A stretch of 51,356 bases of DNA from a virus, in the IMG/VR virus record IMGVR_UViG_3300001202_000003, positions 1 to 51,356 of that record; one strand, given 5' to 3'. The stretch's first letter is position 1. Each line of letters opens with the position of its first letter. Both the position numbers and the translations under genes were made by a program. Shown in pieces: positions 17,074-25,245 of the stretch. The notes under the pieces were generated by a model, which searched no databases, was not told the DNA's origin, and worked only from the letters and a program-made list of their open reading frames with translations.

Positions 17074-18213
17074 ATGGCTTCAAAAAATTTTACGCTTAAT
17101 AACGAGCAGTTGTTAACATTAAAAGTTTCTGATATTGATGCAGGCACTAAAAGCATTACTGTTGAGACTAAAGACATTCCTATGGAAGTGGAGCCTGTAG
17201 AAACACCTATAGAAGAACCAATTCCAGCGCAGGAAACTGTGTTAGTATACCCTGAAACAGGTATCGAGCATAAAGTTTCTGCTCTTAATAATGTTACACG
17301 TAAAGTAGATAGCGTGGATAGTTTTTCTATCACTTCTACTGCTGGTAATAAAAAAATGAGAGTAAGGTTTAGACGCTATGGAGCTAATTTATCTGCTAAA
17401 GGACCACTTAGAATAGCTGGTATTGATTACATTGAAAATAACGTAATATCTCCTATAATTAGTATCGGTTCAGAGGTGGAGTATGCTTTATGGGTTAAAC
17501 CAGAAGGAAGCAGTACTTTCGAAGATGTTGGTGGTAATTTGCATCGTAATGAAACACTTCTAGGCAGTTCATTTTCTATGGTAAATGGTGTTGCTAGATA
17601 TCGTCAAACTATTAGAGAATTTCATTCAGCGACAGGTGCCTTTGCTAATGTGTCTATGACTTACTATATTAGTGGCAATTCTATTACTATTAAATACTCT
17701 CGTCATTGGCTTAAAGATGCTGAAATAGCTGCACACTATCCGGCAATGCTACCTGTTATTAATTTCGTGGGTTCTGTTTATCAAAAATATGTGGCTGAAA
17801 GTTATTACAATAAGGGGTTAACTTATCCCCTGTTAAGTTATAATAGAGCTAATGCCTCTGAAATAATTGTTGGTGAAACACCTGTTTTAGAACATGGATT
17901 TATTGTTAACGTGAACAACACTAGAGGTTATAGAAATTCAGCCGGTATTGAACATAGGCCGGTGCGCAGTGGTAAGCAAATCAGAATTACTAGTACCATA
18001 GACGCTGAGACTGTTGGAAATTATGCTAATACAGATAAACAAGCTTTTGCGTTTCCCAACCCTCAAGGTATTGTTTATCCTAGAAGTGGTAGTTTTTCAA
18101 ATTCTTCAATAGCTAAAGGTTATTTTCAAAGAAGTAATAGTGATACACCTGAATTTAAAAAAGCAGGTGATATTGACAATTTTAATCATGTCATTTCATT
18201 AAACATTCTTTAA
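17074..18213 (+). CDS. Virion-module hypothetical protein
   Basis: ATG at 17074 with AAGGTG 5 nt upstream. The track start at 17065 (GTG) is in the same frame. Confidence 0.6.
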   Translation: MASKNFTLNNEQLLTLKVSDIDAGTKSITVETKDIPMEVEPVETPIEEPIPAQETVLVYPETGIEHKVSALNNVTRKVDSVDSFSITSTAGNKKMRVRFRRYGANLSAKGPLRIAGIDYIENNVISPIISIGSEVEYALWVKPEGSSTFEDVGGNLHRNETLLGSSFSMVNGVARYRQTIREFHSATGAFANVSMTYYISGNSITIKYSRHWLKDAEIAAHYPAMLPVINFVGSVYQKYVAESYYNKGLTYPLLSYNRANASEIIVGETPVLEHGFIVNVNNTRGYRNSAGIEHRPVRSGKQIRITSTIDAETVGNYANTDKQAFAFPNPQGIVYPRSGSFSNSSIAKGYFQRSNSDTPEFKKAGDIDNFNHVISLNIL

Positions 18214-18234
18214 TCATTTAGGAAGTTAATTATT

Positions 18235-18798
18235 ATGGGTTATCATGTTAAAACTGGTTTTAATACTAGTAGTTTCCGCTATTGCGATCATTGTTGCAGT
18301 CATAATTGTTGCTGTAATAATAAACATCATCGTTGTGATGAGACCACAATAAATAGTAACAACACTACTGTTCACAGAAAAACTATCATTAATAATTTTG
18401 ACAGTAAGCATGAACCAATTGGTTATCATAATCACCAAGCGTACTGTTGCGGCGCTACTTACGTAGACAGTTGTGGTGTTAAAGGTGGTCGTACTGCTCG
18501 CTGTTTAAACCCTACGTTGTATTGTGTTGAAACTACTGACGGTAATAAAAGTGTTACTATTAAATCAGGAACAATGGGTACTTTGTTGGCAGAAGTTAAT
18601 CAGCAACTGTTTCAAGTTAAGGCAGATGATATCTTAACTATTAGCGGTAACGTGCTCTCTGTTAATGGTACAGCCCAATCTGTAGCGACATTATATCCTA
18701 ATCCAGTTAATACTGTTGACGATGGGCAATGCTGTAGTCCTATAGATTTTAGTGGTACTGATTTAAAACTTTTTATCGTTAATGATTTTAGTTGCTAG
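18235..18798 (+). CDS. Cys/His-rich structural-module protein, 187 aa
   Basis: N-terminus is YCDHCCSHNCCCNNKHHRCDE. TAGGAAG ribosome-binding site. Confidence 0.6.
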   Translation: MGYHVKTGFNTSSFRYCDHCCSHNCCCNNKHHRCDETTINSNNTTVHRKTIINNFDSKHEPIGYHNHQAYCCGATYVDSCGVKGGRTARCLNPTLYCVETTDGNKSVTIKSGTMGTLLAEVNQQLFQVKADDILTISGNVLSVNGTAQSVATLYPNPVNTVDDGQCCSPIDFSGTDLKLFIVNDFSC

Positions 18799-18810
18799 AT
18801 AGGTTTTACT

Positions 18811-18987
18811 ATGGGTTGCGCTAGTTGTAATAACATGTATACTGAGATGAAAGAAGCTTACAAAGAAGGTAAGGTTTTAAAAGCAGCTTTAGTAGCTGTT
18901 GACGGTGTTGCTGTTGCTAGCGGTTTAAAAAATGTAAACCCAAAATATTTAGACATGTTTAATACAAAGGAAGAACATAATGAGTAA
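18811..18987 (+). CDS. Small protein, 58 aa (MGCASCNNMYTEMKEAYKEGKVLKAALVAVDGVAVASGLKNVNPKYLDMFNTKEEHNE)
   Basis: Hand-translated. It fills the gap between 18798 and 18980 and overlaps the next start by 8 nt. Confidence 0.45.
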   Translation: MGCASCNNMYTEMKEAYKEGKVLKAALVAVDGVAVASGLKNVNPKYLDMFNTKEEHNE

Positions 18988-21643
18988 GATAGGTAAGGGT
19001 TGTCATCAACCTGTTAAAGGTACTGTTGAATTAGGCCAAGAGACAATTGCAGCGATACTAGCAGGTAATACTCCTGTGGGTATTGAGCTAGGTGCTGTTA
19101 AAGTCGGTTGTGTTAAAGATACCGATGGTATTACTACTGGTGCTGTTTTTCTTTGTATAGAAAAAGATGAAGAGACAGGGGTTCAAACAGAAGTTGCTAA
19201 AGCCATCAACTACGCTGACAGTGTTATTACTAATCCTTACACTGGCGAAATTAGTTCTTGTGATGACGAAAGCCGTTTAGAATTTATATCACAATGTTAC
19301 ACACAACCTGAAACTAATACAGTTATTAATGGTGACCAAACAGCGCCTTGGGTTTTAGTCGCTGGTGACCTAGAACTAACTCGCGCTGGAGGTAATCAGG
19401 CTGGTGATGGTGGCTTTCAGAATGGTACGCTAGGTGTTATTGAATACAGCCGGGATGGTATTAATTTTGGTACATTCCAAAATATAATGGGTGGCGGTCA
19501 AAACAATATCAACACTCCTATATTCTTACGTAATGCGACAACAGGTACTATCGTTGAAATTAATCTAACATTATTTGCTGGTAATGGGTCACCTAATTAT
19601 ACAGGTTCTGCTACAATTAATACACCTGAGGAATTATTTAAGTATGTGATTTATGATGACGGTAGTTCGCAAGCATTTAACTGCTATAACCAACCAGTAG
19701 ATTTTGATAATAGTTGGGTTATTAGTAAATGTGTTAATGAAGTGCGTGTTATCAACACTGAACCTATCCAAGTAGTCAATGCTAATGAAGAGCAGAACAA
19801 ACGCTGTTTTAGTCGCCGTAATAGATTTATTGATACACTTGAAACTATTGACACTGGTGGTTTCAACTTAGTCAATACTGTTGAGATTACACCTGACGAT
19901 GACGGTGTTGCTGATGAATTAGTCGTTCGTATTGATAATGTCGGTGTAACACAAGGTAATATTGCGTTTGCTCTTGACGGTGTTGCTTTGGTTATTACCG
20001 ACAATACTAACATGTTTGTTGGTAATCCTGATTTGACGCAAATCGTTGGCGGTCGTACTAACTATACGTTAGCATTGCCTGCTGGTTTAACCTTTATCGG
20101 AGGTCAGACGTACGCGCTAACAGCTACAGTAACAGGCGCACCGACAACGGAAGTGTTCTGGAGCCAAGGCACAGCTAATGACAATAATCAAGTAGCGTTT
20201 AATCCTGCTAATGGTACTAACTTCCCTGATATTACATTGCTGCAAGAAGGTAACGAAACATTCTGTGAAATTACTTATGGTAATGGTGACGTTGTTTTGT
20301 TTGACCAGTTTAATAATATTATTACTGCTATCCCAGACAATGCTGATTTAGTATTGTGTGATGATGGGCTAATACGCATTGACCCTGCTTGTAAAGAAGA
20401 ATTGGCTGAACGTATTAGTGACGCATTAATACAAGATAAAGTAATAGGTACTGTTTGCTATCAAGAGGTTGCTTTTATTCCTGCTGGAAATTCAATCCCA
20501 CTAGACGCATCCACAGGTACTTTACCTGATGGTACTACATGGAACTTTAGTGTTGATGCAAGTGACACTATCATACACTCAACAACAACAGCTGGTGATA
20601 CTAGAACCGATAGCAATGTTTTAACACAATTAGATTTTTCAAACGGTGTTGAAGTAACATTATCTCCTACAAACGGTGGCGATGTTTTAAATCCTATTGT
20701 CTGGCAAAATCAGGCCAGCGGTAATTCACGTTTAATATCACCTAGCGGTGAACCTGTTGTTTATAATCCCGGTGCTGTTGACGCTGCTTTAGATGTTACT
20801 ACTGACCCTCAAAGAGCTGAGAGTACATTGCCTAATAATCAAGCACCTGATGCTGGTGATGACTGGGGAACTATTGTTGCTGGTAATACGCAACAAGTTT
20901 TCTGGCAAGGTCGAGACGCAGAAGCCGTTAACTTTAGTGTTCGTTTAATTACGCAAGAATTTATAGGCGATAAGAAAACTGCTTTCGGTTGTAGGCTAAA
21001 AGATGGTACTATTGTCTACCGTAATATTATTACTGGTGAAATTGTTGATATCAATGCTAGTAATATGGTTGTATGCGCTGATGATTTACCTAATAGCTAT
21101 GTTCCTGTACAGTTAGAAGAACTATGTGCGCAAGTTGATGGCACCGCACAACCAGTAGTACCTGTTACATGGTTCAATGTAAACACTAAAGAATATTCTG
21201 AAACTGTTTATCTTAATGAGTTGGGTATGGTTATCACAGGTGCTGTTACTGCTGCGGACAGTCCTTGCGATTGTGGTTGTATTGATTGCCCTGACGAAGA
21301 AGATCCTACGTTTTTAAGTGACCCTGATTTCTTATTAGTAGATAACGGTAATATTAATATTCCTGTAGACAATACTATTCCATTTAATCTAGAATACCAA
21401 AACAATAGTGCTAATGGTTATGATAACGTAGTGGTTGAAATTACTGATTTTGGCGATCTAGTCATTAATCCTAATCCAGAAAACATAGGAACTATTGGCG
21501 CGGCTAACGCTGGCTTCACCAATATGACTATTAACGCGCCTACCGCAGGTACTTACACTGTCACTGCAACAATAACAGGTACGTTGGGCGGCACTTCCGA
21601 TGTTTATGGCCATTCAATAACTTTTGATATTGTAGCTGCTTAG
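18980..21643 (+). CDS. Large tail fibre or tailspike-like protein, 887 aa, with an Ig/CARDB-like C-terminal domain
   Basis: The size, the T/N/G-rich composition and the C-terminal segment NVVVEITDFG...TINAPTAGTYTVTATITGTLGG are typical of Ig-like display domains. Confidence 0.55.
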   Translation: MSKIGKGCHQPVKGTVELGQETIAAILAGNTPVGIELGAVKVGCVKDTDGITTGAVFLCIEKDEETGVQTEVAKAINYADSVITNPYTGEISSCDDESRLEFISQCYTQPETNTVINGDQTAPWVLVAGDLELTRAGGNQAGDGGFQNGTLGVIEYSRDGINFGTFQNIMGGGQNNINTPIFLRNATTGTIVEINLTLFAGNGSPNYTGSATINTPEELFKYVIYDDGSSQAFNCYNQPVDFDNSWVISKCVNEVRVINTEPIQVVNANEEQNKRCFSRRNRFIDTLETIDTGGFNLVNTVEITPDDDGVADELVVRIDNVGVTQGNIAFALDGVALVITDNTNMFVGNPDLTQIVGGRTNYTLALPAGLTFIGGQTYALTATVTGAPTTEVFWSQGTANDNNQVAFNPANGTNFPDITLLQEGNETFCEITYGNGDVVLFDQFNNIITAIPDNADLVLCDDGLIRIDPACKEELAERISDALIQDKVIGTVCYQEVAFIPAGNSIPLDASTGTLPDGTTWNFSVDASDTIIHSTTTAGDTRTDSNVLTQLDFSNGVEVTLSPTNGGDVLNPIVWQNQASGNSRLISPSGEPVVYNPGAVDAALDVTTDPQRAESTLPNNQAPDAGDDWGTIVAGNTQQVFWQGRDAEAVNFSVRLITQEFIGDKKTAFGCRLKDGTIVYRNIITGEIVDINASNMVVCADDLPNSYVPVQLEELCAQVDGTAQPVVPVTWFNVNTKEYSETVYLNELGMVITGAVTAADSPCDCGCIDCPDEEDPTFLSDPDFLLVDNGNINIPVDNTIPFNLEYQNNSANGYDNVVVEITDFGDLVINPNPENIGTIGAANAGFTNMTINAPTAGTYTVTATITGTLGGTSDVYGHSITFDIVAA

Positions 21644-21677
21644 TATTTATTATTTAAACTACCTAGGTTAAACTAAA

Positions 21678-22211
21678 ATGAATATTAAAAATCATCTACT
21701 CTGTTGTATTAAGAAACGTTTAAACGTTCTTGAGAAAAAAGAGCTAGTAGTTACTAAACTTCCTCTGTTTGAATATCGTGATATTTGGGCAGAGGAAAGT
21801 GGTGCCACTACTGCTAATTCGTCAGAGTGGAGTTTTGGTAATGGTGCTACTGGTTTCATAGGTTTACCTTTTGACGGCGATGCTTGGGAACTAACAGGCA
21901 TGTATTTCCACGCTGATACTTACCCAGCTACGGCTACAATACAAGTTGATTTAATGAATTACGGAAATGTACCTTCTAATGCTGCTGCTAATACAATAGC
22001 TAGTATTAATTTGACTAGTTCTACTGATGGTGGCGGTAATACTAATAACGCTTATAAATACGAAGTTTTTACTCCGCCTGTTAGTATCCCTGACAATGCT
22101 TTAGTAGGTTTTATCACTCGTGATGAAACAGGTGCTATCTCAGATGCTCGTGTTGGAGCTAGACTACGTAGACAAATAGGTGAATACGTATCAGGTGTAG
22201 AATTTAATTAA
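21678..22211 (+). CDS. Virion-module hypothetical protein, 177 aa
   Basis: ORF in the structural operon. No family recognised. Confidence 0.55.
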   Translation: MNIKNHLLCCIKKRLNVLEKKELVVTKLPLFEYRDIWAEESGATTANSSEWSFGNGATGFIGLPFDGDAWELTGMYFHADTYPATATIQVDLMNYGNVPSNAAANTIASINLTSSTDGGGNTNNAYKYEVFTPPVSIPDNALVGFITRDETGAISDARVGARLRRQIGEYVSGVEFN

Positions 22212-22223
22212 TAGTGGGGCATT

Positions 22224-22514
22224 ATGTCTGATAATAACGAAAAAGTAATTATACTTGAACGTGAAGTTGCTGAATTAAAAAAAACTGTGTGGAAAACACT
22301 AGATCGTTTACGAGAAATAGAAAAGATTGATGCTGTGCAAACACATGACATTAAAACTATGAAAACAACAATGCGCCAAGTTGATGATAAGTTGGATAAA
22401 GTTTTAATGTTTATCAATGAAACTCGCGGCGCTAAGAAATGGCTATTTGGCTTGTTAGTTCTTATAGGTTCTATTATAGCTATCATGGTTAATTATCAAA
22501 AAATGAAACTTTAA
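22224..22514 (+). CDS. Coiled-coil protein with a C-terminal membrane anchor, 96 aa
   Basis: C-terminal transmembrane helix KKWLFGLLVLIGSIIAIMV. Confidence 0.5.
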   Translation: MSDNNEKVIILEREVAELKKTVWKTLDRLREIEKIDAVQTHDIKTMKTTMRQVDDKLDKVLMFINETRGAKKWLFGLLVLIGSIIAIMVNYQKMKL

Positions 22515-22532
22515 TAAAATAAGGAATGAATA

Positions 22533-22997
22533 ATGAGTAGTAATTTTACAGGTGGTAATCCTATTAGTGGAGCTAATTACCACACAAAAAACGGCATAAC
22601 ACGTGACGTAAATAGATTTAATAACACAGCATACCCGCACGGTGCTATTGTATTTCTAATTTGTGAAGGCAATATGCGCGGAGCTATTCACGATGGTAAA
22701 ACATGTGGTGGTGTCGCGCACTTTCCTTTGTTTAGCCCTAGCACTGACTTTTCAGCATTGTATGACTTAATAGATAATGCTACTAATCTAGACGGCAATG
22801 CTTCAATGGCTCCTGACGCTCCTGCGCCGAATAATTCTGTTATTGAAGATTTAATAGCACGTATTGAAGCTCTCGAAGAAGAAACCGTTAATAACGATGG
22901 AGCTGGCGCTAACACCCCGCCACCACAAGACCCTGTTGTTGACGTAGGTACTGTTGACCCTTCCGGCCCAGCAAACTCACCACCACTAACAGAATAA
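22533..22997 (+). CDS. HDGKTCGGV-motif protein, paralog 2
   Basis: AIVFLICEGNMRGAIHDGKTCGGVAHF aligns with EIVADMCECRRD...YAHDGKTCGGVRIG of ORF 15200. Pro/Ala-rich tail. Confidence 0.65.
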   Translation: MSSNFTGGNPISGANYHTKNGITRDVNRFNNTAYPHGAIVFLICEGNMRGAIHDGKTCGGVAHFPLFSPSTDFSALYDLIDNATNLDGNASMAPDAPAPNNSVIEDLIARIEALEEETVNNDGAGANTPPPQDPVVDVGTVDPSGPANSPPLTE

Positions 22998-23000
22998 TTA

Positions 23001-23147
23001 TTTAATTGGAATGAATTAGTACTTGACACGGATTTTTTGGCTGACAACGTGACCGCTAGGGAACGGCTTGCCGTTACCGCAGGGGGAACCCCGATCAGCC
23101 AAAACACTTGGTGTCAAGTATTCTAATTCAAAGGTTCCAATTATAAT
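23001..23147 (+). repeat. E2: GC-rich structured intergenic element, copy 2 of 5 (sense); the most rod-like copy
   Basis: Nested inverted repeats AATTGGAA/TTCCAATT, TGAATTAG/CTAATTCA, TACTTGACAC/GTGTCAAGTA and TTTTGGCTGA/TCAGCCAAAA. They enclose hairpins AACGGC-tt-GCCGTT and GGGG-gaa-CCCC. Confidence 0.85.
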
Positions 23148-23167
23148 AATTATGAGAAAGCACAACT

Positions 23168-23707
23168 ATGAATAATAATGAACAACTAAATAATCAAAAT
23201 ATTAATACTGATATACCTCAAGCAACACCTAAGCAAGAATTTGAAAAAGATTATCTTAATCAACTTGAGATATTGACTTTCGAAAACAATAAAGAAGCTT
23301 TAGGTACTATTGCTTGGATTGCTCATTTTGACGAAAGATTTAAAGATCAACCTTTTAGTCTTGTTATGAATGATATTTATGGTTCAGTGATACATAATCA
23401 ATATGTAATAGCAGGTCAACCAATGGGTGATAAAGAAAATTTATTCCCTGTAGCCTTTATTACATGGGGTATGTTTAATACTCCTGTTGCTACAATACGA
23501 GCAAATAACATTAGACCTCTTTCACCTTTAGAGTATAAATCTGGTAATATTGGATTTTTTACTATGTTTAGTTCTCCTTATGAAGAACCTGATAAAATGA
23601 TTGAACTAATGCGGGCAAAAAGCTCAAAGTTACAAAGTCTTTCAAGCATTTCATTTGTTGACAGATTGTTTAAACCAGACTATACTTTTAGGAGTAGACA
23701 AAGTTAA
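23168..23707 (+). CDS. HlyC/CyaC-like protein (RTX toxin-activating lysine-acyltransferase family fold); catalytic residues possibly substituted
   Basis: The recalled family motifs match in order and with matching spacing. These are LGTIAW, a Pro 12 residues after that Trp, QY starting 16 residues after that Pro, PVAFITW, SGN ending 27 residues after that Trp, and xSPY. This comes from memory of HlyC and CyaC sequences, not from a search. Confidence 0.45.
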   Translation: MNNNEQLNNQNINTDIPQATPKQEFEKDYLNQLEILTFENNKEALGTIAWIAHFDERFKDQPFSLVMNDIYGSVIHNQYVIAGQPMGDKENLFPVAFITWGMFNTPVATIRANNIRPLSPLEYKSGNIGFFTMFSSPYEEPDKMIELMRAKSSKLQSLSSISFVDRLFKPDYTFRSRQS

Positions 23708-23734
23708 TTTAGTAATAAACTCAAGGATATTAAA

Positions 23735-24508
23735 GTGCCTGATGGTTTTGGTAATGACGCATTCCAGTGGAAAAATTCTGCACATAGAACCTATTCGTTA
23801 GGTCTAGGTGGTAGTTTCAGTAATACTGATGATGATACTAATCGTGATGTTAGCACTACTCGTAAAGAATTCGACAGTCAAATGCTAGCTAAGTTACGTG
23901 ATCTAGTTTGTGATTACTATGACCACTTTGACACAATGATTACTGTTGAGAATAGAGAATGCGTTCGTGAGGCTGCTACTTGTTTCTGGGATTATGCTAA
24001 ATATAAACTATATGGTGATTTACAAAGCCAATTTAAACAGATAGTAGAAAAACAACGCGTTGACCTCGAAGAAGAATTATGTTCCCGTATTGCTAGTTTA
24101 AATAGTATTGGTGGTACTACACGTTCTTGTTTTGCCCAAACTATTATTGGCAGAACTCTTAGCGATAATAATGTTGAATTAGCCGCTGTTGAAGGTAATC
24201 TTACTATACAAGCTAAAGATTTAGAAATGCGCACTTGGGCTGCTGCTTACCAATCTAAATACAATGCTTTTGTAGATGGTGATAATGCTGACTTTAATAA
24301 ATACATGACTGCATTTCAAATACTTCGTGGCGCTTGTTTAACAGAAGATGTTAGCGATGATATTGCACGAGACATTACAACTATTAAAGGAACTGTTCAG
24401 TATAACCGTACCGCTGGTGATATCTCTGATACCACTGGTGCTTATGATGGAGATATTGGAGATATTCAATCAGCAGGTGCAGGGGCTATTCCTTTAGCTG
24501 GATTTTAA
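23735..24508 (+). CDS. Internal virion or ejection-module hypothetical protein, 257 aa
   Basis: GTG start with AAGGA 7 nt upstream. Confidence 0.55.
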   Translation: MPDGFGNDAFQWKNSAHRTYSLGLGGSFSNTDDDTNRDVSTTRKEFDSQMLAKLRDLVCDYYDHFDTMITVENRECVREAATCFWDYAKYKLYGDLQSQFKQIVEKQRVDLEEELCSRIASLNSIGGTTRSCFAQTIIGRTLSDNNVELAAVEGNLTIQAKDLEMRTWAAAYQSKYNAFVDGDNADFNKYMTAFQILRGACLTEDVSDDIARDITTIKGTVQYNRTAGDISDTTGAYDGDIGDIQSAGAGAIPLAGF

Positions 24509-24524
24509 TTAAGGATTTAATACA

Positions 24525-25241
24525 ATGGGTTTACTTGATGATTTTCTTCTAGGGCGTGGTAGCGAACGTGATAATCTTGACAGGTTTTTTCTACGAGATA
24601 GTAGAAATCAACGTGTTACTAGATTTGGTCCGAGAGGTTTACAAGTAGAAGGTACTGACCGAAGAGCTAGCACTCAAGGAGCTGCTACGGCATTACTACG
24701 TACAACAGGTCGTTTACCGGAAGGGTTTTTTAATGGCCCTAATAGAAGTACTATTATTCCGTTTCAACAAGAAGGCGGCGATGTATTCCAGCGTTTGCAG
24801 AATGCAGGCATACAAGAAGGTAGTACATTCTCACAGGTACTCAGTGCTTTAAATAACGGCAGCTCTACAACTAGTAATACTAATCTGTCGCAAGGTGTTA
24901 ATAATTCTAATATCCCAACACCAATACAAAATCCTAGTAGAACAGGTACTGCTGAGTTAAATCTTGATGGACTACGCGACAGATTAAATCAAGATGACTT
25001 TAATAATAGACGTAGACGCACCGGGCCTGCTCCATTTGGTTCTAGATTAGGTGGTAGTAATACAGGAAGTAGTGAGGCTGGTATTGACCCTAGAAACTTC
25101 TCACAAACTAATGGTAGTTTCTTATCTGCTTTTATTGAAGATTTATTTAATCTTGACGGAGGTGATTTTAGCGCTATTAATAATCTTAGTGATGACAATC
25201 AGAATTTTGACGGTCCTAGAGATTTAAGATTTTTGAGATAA
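24525..25241 (+). CDS. Gly/Asn/Ser/Arg-rich hypothetical protein, 238 aa
   Basis: AAGGA ribosome-binding site. Low-complexity composition typical of internal or ejected proteins. Confidence 0.55.
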   Translation: MGLLDDFLLGRGSERDNLDRFFLRDSRNQRVTRFGPRGLQVEGTDRRASTQGAATALLRTTGRLPEGFFNGPNRSTIIPFQQEGGDVFQRLQNAGIQEGSTFSQVLSALNNGSSTTSNTNLSQGVNNSNIPTPIQNPSRTGTAELNLDGLRDRLNQDDFNNRRRRTGPAPFGSRLGGSNTGSSEAGIDPRNFSQTNGSFLSAFIEDLFNLDGGDFSAINNLSDDNQNFDGPRDLRFLR

Positions 25242-25245
25242 TATT

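Noticed and set aside
22688-23107. 139-aa minus-strand ORF covering the end of ORF 22533 and most of E2
   Set aside because: It is a shadow ORF on the antisense strand of a well-supported gene plus the GC-rich element. It has no ribosome-binding site and low-complexity Ser/Gly/Pro content.
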